This document shows positions 27,924-39,900 of a stretch of DNA of 64,000 bases, piece after piece (position 1 is the first letter of the stretch; each line of letters begins with the position of its first letter). The position numbers were made by a program, and so were the translations under genes. Under the pieces are notes generated by a model. The model was not told where the DNA came from and searched no databases. It saw only the letters and a program-made list of their open reading frames with translations. The DNA lies in the NCBI RefSeq assembly GCF_006345805.1, contig NC_042998.1, positions 178,374,001 to 178,438,000 on the forward strand, read 5' to 3'. The stretch is from Octopus sinensis. Its lineage: Eukaryota.

Positions 27924-30900
27924 CATATTAGGTATTTTTTGAAGAAATTGAACAAAGAGATTTAAGAGGAAAGAAGGAAGTTTCAATATGGAAGTAATCA
28001 AAATTAAAATATTTACCTAACTGCATCATTCCTCCTAAAAAAAATAAAAGAAAGTTTAAAAGTAAGAATATGCTTATATACTTTAAGAAATAAAATGCTC
28101 TTACAAAGGCATAAAATATTCTTTACAGGGAAGAGAGGGTGGAATTTAGTTGCACTGATGCCTTCACCAAGGGCATTAATCCTCTCATAAACCTCAGAAA
28201 TCTATAGTTATTTATCATTATCATCACCGTCATTTAATGTCCACTTTCCATGCTAGCATGGGTTGGACGATTTGACTGAGGTCTGGCAAACCAGATGGCT
28301 GCACCAGACTCCAATCTGATCTGGCAGAGTTTCTACAGATGGATGCCTTTCGATGTAGCGGGTGCTTTTATGTGCCACCGGCACGAGGGCCAGTCAGGCG
28401 GTACTGGCAATGGCCACACTCAAATGGTGCTTTTTATATGCCACCTGCACAGGAGCCAGTCCAGTGGCTAGTGAGGTCATTGCCAAATCTATAGACATTA
28501 TTTCCAATTTTTGTTTAAGCCAATGAGGGGCAAAACTTCCTTTAGAAAAGATGCTGTTCTATTGGATATAATCATCTGTCACACTCTTTTCACATTCTTA
28601 TGAAGTTATCTAACCACCACTACCACCACCACCACCACCCACCTTTCTGTTCCTCTATCCTTATTCTTTCTCTTGTATTCACCTTGTTCCTTGAGGGTAT
28701 GCTCTCACCATCACTTTCTCCCATTGGAGCATGTCATGGTCGTGCAACTCACTGGATCCAGTCAAACCGTCTGACCCATGTCAGCATGGAAAACGGATGC
28801 AAATTAACAATGATGATGATGATGATAGTGGTGGTTGTCATGATGGATCATGCATCAGTTTCAATGATGAATAGTCCAGTGGTTTAATCACTAATTACTG
28901 CAACTACCTACTCATTGAAATATTGTTGTTGAGTATCCCACAGACACTTGTGCCCTTACATAATACTCAGGTAGATTAAAGATGACAACTGGGTCATGAT
29001 ACTTTGGTACTTTGAATTGTATATTTCATTTATCTGATAGGCTTCCACTAAGTTTCTGTCAACCCAATCTGACCTACGCTACTTGGGCATCCCTACAGCT
29101 AAGGTGGAAGTTGCTTGTGAAACCACATTGTTTTGAAGCAAACTGTTTAACCACCAAGCCATATATAATTATTTACATCGTATATCATAAACACATACAC
29201 ACAAAGACATGCATATATACATGAGCACTGTATACAATAATTTCATTATATTATAATTTTTTAAACATACCTTGTTTATTTCGAAGGAAAGTTGGTTCTT
29301 TCGAATAGGAAAAATTATCTGGAATGAAAAGAAGAAAGAGATGAATAAACAAATTCCTCAACCTTTAATCAAATATAAGTCAGTGAAAAATAAAAGAAAA
29401 GGTAAGAAAAGAAAATATCAAACATAAAATATGAGCAGTGGGATATGTCATCATTATAATATTTAAAATTGTTTTTAATTCACTACCAAAGAAAACAATT
29501 GGAATTTGCTTTTCAACAGCAACAAATGTATTTAACTATGTAAACAATATCTTGTATCATATTTTGTTAATGATGAACTACTGCAGACCATAACTGATGT
29601 CAATAAATTCCTATTTGTTTAAGAACTGGCATCAAATAGACCCAACTTACTATGTGATCGCTTGACATATAAGAAACAGCATCCAGTTCACCTCAAATTA
29701 CACCCATTGTCTTAAGAACACACCAGATAACATAATTTTAGACATACTATGTCCGGAAAATAAAAAAAAAAACAGGATGTCCATGGCAGGAAAGCTTTTG
29801 ATTATAGGTCAGCCCAGTCAAGACTAAACAAAATTAACTTCATATAATACCACCTAGCGCTAAATAACAATTAACCTTACATATTACTAATACATACACA
29901 CACACACACACACAGCAGATGTCAGTTTGACTCTAATTGCAGCCACATGTATAAATTACTGGTAATTTGGATGCCAATGAAAATTTATGTTCTTTGCAGT
30001 GAAATGCCAGAATGGTTTCCCATGGATTTCTTCAGGTGTTGGGTAAGTTTTAGCTTATATCTGCAAGCTTTTAAAACACCAATCAGTCAACAATAAATTG
30101 TACCATTCATATGACTTTTGTACACAATTCTATGCACTATACATGCACCTATGATGAGTTGTAGTGCACCTGAGCACTATACGTAAATTCATTATTATTA
30201 TCCTTACTTGGACAAGACTAAAAAAAGCAAAGCAATTGTACCAGAGACAGCAGGACACATGCAACAAAATGAAAACTATAATCTCTTTTGATTCAGTTAG
30301 ATATACTAAGCAAGATTATGTGGAAGCACTCCATCGGTTACGACGACGAGGGTTCCGGTTGATCCGATCAACGGAACAGCCTGCTCGTGAAATTAACGTG
30401 TAAGTGGCTGAGCACTCCACAGACACGTGTACCCTTAACGTAGTTCTCGGGGATATTCAGCGTGACACAGAGAGTGACAAGGCCGGCCCTTTGAAATACA
30501 GGTACAACAGAAACAGGAAGTAAGAGTGAGAGAAAGTTGTGGTGAAAGAGTACAGCAGGGATCACCACCATCCCTGCCGGAGCCTCGTGGAGCTTTAGGT
30601 GTTTTCGCTTAATAAACGCTCACAATGCCCGGTCTGGGAATCGAAACCGCGATCCTACAACCGCGAGTCCGCTGCCTTAACCACTGGGCCATTGCACCTC
30701 CACTAAGCAAGATTATACAATACTGGAAAATAATTCATCCCATTTATCCTGCACAGTTGATGTAAAAGAAAGTTAGTAATGGTTATATCAATCATACCTG
30801 GTCTACAATAATGAGTAGATGATTTACTCATTTCTTTGGGGTTGATGCTGGCCCTTTTCATATAGCTGTTATAACCATCTTTCAAATAACTGGTGTTGTA

Positions 30901-33900
30901 AAATTTACCATAGTTAACGTTAAAGGATCGTTCCAGCGAACTGGTATCCTAAAATTAAAAAGAGATAAAAATGAGACAACAATATTCTTTGAAATACGGG
31001 TGTCAGTTACAGCCTTTGAAAAGATTTAATTTATAAGTCCAATAAAACTAAAAATTATATAACACAATGAAACAATACACGCATAACACAAATTTTCAAA
31101 TTAAGTAGCTTCCTTATATTCTATTCTTCATATATTGTTGATTAATTATTTCATGGGCCACAACCATCTTCGAGTCAATGTTTTCCAATAACATTAAATA
31201 GAATTGATATAAAACTTTCTTAATACAGGATGCAAGAAAAATGTTCCTGATAGACAAATATATAGTTACGGAGACTGAGGCAAAACAAACTCAACGCCTC
31301 ATCCAAAAGACAATAAACCATCCCCAAGTAGATGAACTTGTGACCCATGTATTTGTACTATAATGTAGGATCAATTCAGATTTTATATTTAGTTAGTATT
31401 TTTTATAAAATAGAAGATCTTTACTAGGAAGAATATTTTCAGTTGTCAAGTTAAGTAAACTATTAACTGTAGGACTAATTTAAAGTTGATTAACTATATT
31501 TCTGAAGTCTGTTGTATGTAGAAAAGTCAGCAGAATGTAACAATAGTTCAACAACTGCATTTGCCTCAATGCTAGCATTTCTTATTCCATGTTAAAGCTG
31601 TTAACCCATTTGTCAATTGTAATAAAACATATGATCAAAGGCACTCTGGCTGTGATTATCAAGGACTACAGAGTCCAAACCATCCTTCCTTTCTTATGAT
31701 ATCTGGCTGCTATTTCTAGTAAGTCAGTTGATTATAGAAATTCTCTTCTTTGGTCTGTCTTCATTTTCATTTCAGTTTCTGACCAAACATGGGTTATCAT
31801 TCATCAACCAGAGACAATCTCTGTACAAAGTGGCTCTGCCTATGTTAGAGATATCCCAAGTAGATATTGGCAAGTCTAACTTAACTTAACAACAGAGTAA
31901 TTAAGTGGGAAGCTCCTCTCACTGGCAAACAAAGTAAAACATATCGACAATGAACATAACCAATCACTCAGAAGAAGCAAAAGAAGAAACACCTTTTAAC
32001 ATTTGCTTTTAAAACTCTATTTCAATGAAGAATTAGTCAATATTTTGTCGCGCGTTGAACCAAATCTTCAGTGATCCCTAGCTTCCTTCAATCTTCTCAT
32101 TCCATTCCAAGCTTATTTTTGCTCTGATGATTGATTTATTCATCCCATATCTGTCCTTCCGTTCTACTCATATATGAATGAGATAGAGAGATATATCTCT
32201 GTCTCAGCCATCACTCTCACAAACAACACTTGATGTAGCTAATTCACAGATGTCTATAAGTTCATCATATCATTCCTTGAATTCTAATTACACAACTAAT
32301 TAATCAAATTCCTCTCATTTCTTTCCACGTGCTGCAAACAAATTTCACTGTCATAAATAATTCATCTACCATTCTCACCCCCCCTCTTCTCTCTCTCTAT
32401 CAGACACACACCCACACACAATATTAAACTAATCATCATCTCCATCAGAGGAAGAGGCTGTATTTGACACAAATATTTTCATATGAAATAAAAATTAAGA
32501 AAAATCAAGTTTCATCAAAATAACAGACATTATTCAAAAGAAAATTACAAATGAATCACAAAATAAGTACATTGTCATTTACATGCTTGATATAAATGTT
32601 ATTCTCAGTTACTGTGAAAGTGAGAAGGATAATCTGATATGACGATCATAAATGGTATATTCTTTCTCCATTGATGCTTTTGTCAGATTTTTCAAAGAGA
32701 TTTTGAAACTGATAAATACCATGTAAATAACAAAAATTGTTGAATGTAATTTAATGACAAATATATTTCATTAATGCAATTTTATTATCAGTTCTGCATT
32801 CTGTACATATGTGGCAAAATATAACACAATAGAACATACACACATAAAATCTAGATAAAATAGATACAAGTTTAATAATTTAATTAACTTCACATGTTTT
32901 TCCTCCAATAATCATTAATTTTGTTAAATTTCAATTTTCATAAGATTTCATTACATCCATTAAAGTCTATAATGTAATGAAGTTTACTCTTCACGCACAC
33001 ACACACATGCATGTATGAATTGCACACACACATGTACACATACTATAGGCATACACACACACACACATTCAAAAAATGTTTGCAAATGACTCATAACATT
33101 TCAATTAACTTCATTTATTTAAATACTATTATATGTCACACTTAAATTACTCAGTTTCTTTTCTCGAAGCAGGAAAGAAACCCTGTACCTTACTACAGAT
33201 AAGAGCCTGGCTACTTTCCAGAGCCCCAGGCTGACAGCTGAGGATGGATTTTGTAAAACAAATTGGGGGCTCTGATCACATCATACAGACAACACTTTGC
33301 CCAGACAAGAACATTTTCGCAGATTCCACCAAGCAGGTGACCATGTGAGAAGCACTCATGGAGGAAGATCATGGGAGAAAGCTTCCCAGATACCAAAACC
33401 TGGTGGAGCAGTGCAAAAGCAAAAGCTGCTGGACTCACTGTGAGTGAACTGAAGAGGGGCTGCTAGGGGATTTGAGAGGCACTCACTCTGAAAACTTTTG
33501 ACAAATTTTTTCAGTAAATGGACAAGACATATATTCCTGTATTGAAGCTGCAGAGAAAGGTATAATGTGGGTCTGGATAAAGAAAGCAGGCTCATAGGTG
33601 TGGTTAGTAGATGTATTCAACCCCAGTTAGTACAATATATATATATATATATATAATGCTAAACTGAAGTTGTCATTTCAAAGAATGTTTAAAAATAACA
33701 ACGGAAGTTTTATTGGTGAGGTGACTCGAATTTAGAGTCAACCTTACTGTAAAGTCCCAGACATCATATATATGTTAGGTTTGGCAAATATGTATGCCTC
33801 ATCATCATGGCTGGCAATATTAATGGACATGTCAGGTAACACCGGAGGGCTTCTTAGGTGTATATGGAGGCTATGGCTTTGGCATATGGAATGAGTCAGT

Positions 33901-36900
33901 GTCATGGCTCTTGAAATACAGTGATACAAATGGTCTTGCCATTTGCAAGACTAACTCCAAGAAACCAGCTATCTGATCACATATATGCCTACCGAGAGAA
34001 CATAGATGTCTGTTACACTTTATATTCATTAAGAAAATTGGTGGAGAGTTTGTTGTAAATATTGAGAATACTAAGTCTATAACTAGTGAAAATATGTCTC
34101 AATCTACATAAACTAGTGGTTAGTGTCTGCAGAATTGGAGCTCAATGGACCCAGAGAGAGAAGCCTATCTTAAGAAGGAGGACATGGTAGTTGAAAGTGT
34201 TAAGAACCAGCAGTATTGACACATTTGACAAGATAGAGGATGAGACAGAAAATTACATCATAAAGAACAGTTGAGAGTTTCTACTGGACAACCTACTGAG
34301 GGTGATGAACCAAATCTGTGGCTGGTGCAAGACTCCTGCCAAAAAGAGGATGACATGATGGGGGAACAGTTCTGTTGATAGAGCCATAAAGGCTAAGAGA
34401 CAAGCTTAAAAAAAACTGGATGAGGGAAGCAAAGAATAAAGTCAACTCAGGAAAGGTAAGTTAGATGTCACTTATACTTAACAAGGGAAGAAACCAAGAG
34501 TAAGAAATTTACCAATGTTTCTGAAATGGAAGGATCAGAGGCATGAAATATTCTGTATTGCAAAACAGAGTACAAGAGAAAATGAAGACATCATTGGAGT
34601 AAAGTGTGTATGGAATTATAAAAGCACTCTTGTGCATATTGACATTTAAAAGAGTCATGGAAATGCTATTATAAGAGGTTGTTGAACATGGAGAATGCAT
34701 GAGCAAAAGAGAGACTACTCAAAGTAAATCATTCGAGTTGACAACAGTATGGTGTATAGATTGATTAAGGATATGAAGGCAAAGGAGACACCTGATCCAT
34801 CAGGAATCACAGCTCAAATGCTTAAAATGTTTGGTAGAGGAGGATGTCATAACCAATGACTAGCAGAGTAGCAGTATCATTAACCGCTACAAAGGTAAAG
34901 GAAATGCAGGAAAGAGACACAAATACAAAAGTATTAAACTATTAGATTAGATTATGAAAGTTACACAAGAAATTTTAGCACAATTAATTAGGATATGAAT
35001 GAATTGAGAAGAATGCAGTTTGGTTTTGTGCCAGGAAGAGATACCCCTGATGCCATTTATATTCTGAGTGAGACAACTGAAGAAGTAAAACTGGCCAGGA
35101 GTAAGCTCCTACAACTAGCATTTATTGACCTAGAGAAGGCTTTCTACAGGGTTCCATGGTCTATGATCTGGTGGTCACAAAGAAAGTTTAAAACAGACAA
35201 ATGGTTTGTGAGAACTGTATAAGCCATGTACAGAGGTGCACTCAGCAAGGTGTTAGTAATGAGAATAGATGAATTGAGAGAGAGAGAGAGAGAGTGTGTG
35301 TGTGTGTGTGTGTGTGTGTATGGTATGTGTGCATGTGTGTTGGGTACATCAGGTTCAGTCCTCAGAACCCTTCCTTTTAGTCTTTCATGTCATAACAGGT
35401 GTTTAAGATCGGTTGCTAATGGAAACTCCTCTTTGCATATGATCTTATTCTTATAGCTAAAATGTACAGCATAAGAAAAGAAATCCCAAGTTGTATCCGA
35501 CGTGAGAGTTCTAGAGTAACTAGGACATGTCATTAATAAGAGCATAAATGGTGACTAAAAAGACTCATGACAAACCAACTGACTGATTAATTGATTGATC
35601 AAGTGACTAATCAAGCAGTCAGCTGATTGGTTAATTAGTTGAATAATAATAATAATAATAAAACACTTATTAATCCGAGGTGAGGCAATGTGAGCAGCAA
35701 CTAAAGGAACATTACAAAATCCACAGAAAGATCAAACACATACATATATTCATATATTCATTTATATCTACAGAACAGATATAAAAATATATAAATATAT
35801 AAGAATCAATGTTGCATATATAACACATTGAATTTACGCTTAAAATCATAAAACATCTGGTAAAAATTTGTTAATTAAAAATTTGTTAAATTAAAAATAT
35901 GGGGAAATAAAACATACAATGACATATTAAAATGATGTATTAAAAATCCCGAGAAAAATACAGAAAAGATAAATATACAAAATTACAAAAATACATAAAT
36001 GTTCATCTACGGGTTGTTTCGGAGACGCGCCAATTAATATGAAGCATATCATATATTTAAAATTGACACTCCCCTCGTCAGGATGTTTTTTACACACAAC
36101 ACATAATACACGGAAACAAATGCACAATTACATACCGGAGTATGTAATGTCTGGTCTCTCACATATAGCCGGTATGTAATTGTGCATTTGGTTCCGTGTT
36201 TTATGTGTTGTGTGTAAAAAACATCCTGACGAGGGGAGTGTCAATTTCAAATATATGATATGCTTCATATTAATTGGCGCGTCTCCGAAACGGCCCGTAG
36301 ATGAACATTTATGTATTTTTGTAATTTTGTATATTTATCTTTTCTGTATTTTTCTCTGGAATTTTAATATGTCATTGTATGTTTTATTACCCCAAATTTT
36401 TAATTTAACAAATTTTTACCAAATGTTTTATGATTTTAAGTGTAAATTCAATGTGTAATATATGCAACATTGATTCTTATATATTTATATATTTTTATAT
36501 GATGTTTATATATTTATATATTACTATATTCCAACTGGGCCCCACCTGCAAGGTCATGCACTGCTTACTTTAATATGAGATCACTATGTTGCACACATAT
36601 GGCTGTGATGCATGTGCCTGGTGTACCTTTATCAGACAGGCAGTCATGATGGGTATATTGGGCTTCGTATATTTGTACCCAAGTCACTTTGATGGCATGC
36701 ACTGCTCTCTCACTCAATAATAGCAATAATAATAATGTGAAGTAACAAGGACACATCATTAATAAGAGTATAAATGGTAACAAAAAGATTCTTGACAAAC
36801 CAAATAACAGGCCCTCCCAAGATACAACACACACACTCACATATAATCTAAACATGTATACATGTGTATGTGGCAATTGTATGTGGTTAGTACAAACATT

Positions 36901-39900
36901 GAAGAAAGTACTCTGTTCTTGAAGAGTAGCATATATACATATTATAATTTCAGAAATTCAGCTTTGTATATGGAGAACACTAAAGTAGTTGTAGGAACAG
37001 CTATCAGGAGAAAAAAAATGTTCCTAAACTTGGCAAATTCCTGCAATTCAAAACCATAAAGGTGTGTTTCAAAAGGTTGCAAACGTATATAGGATCAGGT
37101 ATGCTTTTACAAAAATTTATAGAATACATCAACTTATTTAAGTTAGAGTGGTCTCATCAAATATGCAAAATAGTCACAAATTAGCATACAATTTTTAACC
37201 ATGAAGCTTCTTTATTTCAGTTTCAGGCAAGGGTGTTTATGTGAAAGTCATGACATTAGCATTATTATTTTTTTAGCATGTGCTGCCTTCAGACTATATT
37301 TGGGAACCATTTGCATGATGCACAGTCATGTTTGTATTCAAAATTTAGACATTAATACATACACCCACATACATATGCATATTTATATATTCACATATAC
37401 ATTTGTCTACAAACACACAAGCATGTATGTGTGCACACACACACACATATTATTTAATGATTCTCTTTAGGTTATTTTGCCAGATTTCTATCAGTGATTG
37501 ATGTGATTGTCATAATAAATTACATTTGTTTCCTAATTTGACCTCAACAGAGCAAGAGAGAGAGAGACAATGAGTACAAGATACACAAACATAAGACTAA
37601 TAGCAATGTGGCTAAGACTAGACAGAGTTTATAAATGCATAAAAATCTATAGCCATGCAAACTTTTTAAATTCATACCAGATGGAAAAAATTCATGTGAA
37701 AACATATGATCATAGGGTGACCTAATTGCCTGAATAGATAATCATGAATTTGGAGGTTTTTCATTAAAATAATCTCTTTTCTGAGTCATGAAGACACATG
37801 GGGCAAGTACTTATCTTCAGTCTTTATTAAGTGGAAGTGTGTGACAAGTTTCTCCAATATATAGGACACTGATCTATTAAAGGTAGTTTTTACCATAGAA
37901 ACAACTGAACTTCTGTAAGCCAGTAAGCCATTTTGTAATTCAAAAATACTAACCTCTGCTTATAATACTGAATTGAGCTAGATAGACATGTGAAATGTAA
38001 TGGGTGGACACGGACACACACACACAACACTGTCACCAACCCCTTGCTTGGTCACTCAGTACATTACTAACTCTACAGACTGCATTCACATAGCACAACT
38101 GTAATGTTGTTATTGCTGATTGAGCAGACCTATGATCAACAGCATTCCAACTATGACCATCCTGTATTTATTTCAAGCATAGATCCAGGTCTATATTATC
38201 TAATGTGTCCTTTTTTTTAAGATGATAAGGTGTGATTTGAGGGAGATATGGCTGATATTTCTAGCAGGTCAAGCAACCATTTAATGGGCCCCATCCTCTC
38301 TCACTGCCCAAATCTGCAACATTTCCTGAGAATAAATGTTTACTTAATGAAACATAAACATTCATGTAATAAAGAGCTTCTAATTTAAATATAATGTAAA
38401 TATAAATGTAATGCAAGTTAACCCTTAAGAAATGACAGGGCTGATCTATCAGCCAAAAAGACATAGTTTGCAAGCCCTCTGTAAGGTTTGTGAAAAGGGC
38501 ACTGACACTCCAAATGAGGCTCTGTCTCCAAAGGGTTAAAGTCATAGACTTTAACATAATGAAAGGGTTAATCTATTTTACTTGCTTCTTAGTTCTAGGC
38601 AGTTGGCTGCAGCCATCATGGTACCATGATTTTTCTTTTAATTTGCTACTTAAAAATGTCATGGTAGGTTTGAGTTTGTGTATAAATTTCAGGCTGTTAA
38701 CAGTCTTTACCTGTTTAAGATGCCTGTTGATTAATTGCAAGTTTTCGCCCATGGAAGAATTCCATCTCAGCAATGCAACCATTGCTTATAATGTTTCTTC
38801 TAATCAAAGCAGTTAAGTATATTTCTCTATTTTTACCTATTTACCACCAAGTGGACTGAGCCAACAATTTATGTTCAGTATCTGTCATTGCTGAGAATTC
38901 AGTGCAGTGTTGGTAGTGAGATGTTTATTGATGACTCATCAACTGACAAGCTGCTATCCTCTCATTTGGCCAAGCCTGATTATCAGCGATAATGTCAATG
39001 AGCATTCATATATCTCAGATAAAATGTACTGTTCCGAATAAAACTAATGACGTCTTGCCTAGACTTACATCAAAATAGAATTGCATCAAGGTTTAGAAAT
39101 TAATTTCCCAATTGTAATTATCTTAGGTCTATTACTAATGTCTGGAGTTAATCATTTTGATGTCAAAAATGGTGCCTATTACAGAATAGCACTTGTAATT
39201 TTTATCAAATCTGATAAAAGAGGCAAGATATTGATCTTTAAATGTATTAATTTAGAAAATTAATAGCTTTTATTAAAATTTGAATAATTAGAGTTTCAAC
39301 TTGTTGGTTTCAATTTTTTTAATTTTTAGCCAACAAAAGAAGCAGCAAATGAATATCTGTTGCTTAACAAAAGCAACCTAAATAACAGACATTTTTTTTT
39401 TTTAATGGTAAAAACTAGATAAAAATAAGAAGAAAAAAACTACTGAAGGACTTTTAAGTTCCCATATTCCATAAAAAAAAGAAAAGAAAATCAATACTAA
39501 TAGAGATATGCAGCCATGCATATACTATTAAATAAAAGATGCAGAAAATCAAATGTAAAAGAACAATTCAGTTAAACTAGGGAAGATTAGTTTACACTGA
39601 TAAACCTGAAGTTTTTCAATATTTTTACAATAAGAAGGAAAAATAAATGCATTCAGCTGTTAGAATTTTCCAGAAAAGCTATTAGATCTCAACATATCAG
39701 TATGGAAATTAAATTGAAAGTAAAAGAATAAAAGTAAAAAAAAAAAAAATTAAATTAAATAAAATAAGAATATATGATATAATATAAAAAGAATTCCAAA
39801 CAAATTATGTTCTTTGATTTCAGGAGTAGTTTTCAATGAATTTATGTTTAGAATGCAATAATCTTAACAGATTGGATTCCTTCTTACTTCCCTCTCCCTC

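Larger units (their letters stand above)
35779..36500. mobile_element. ~720-bp palindrome of two inverted Penelope-like pseudo-LTR copies
   Basis: Arms 35779-36138 and 36169-36500 are near-identical reverse complements with a 30-nt spacer. Each arm carries a hammerhead core. Confidence 0.7.
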
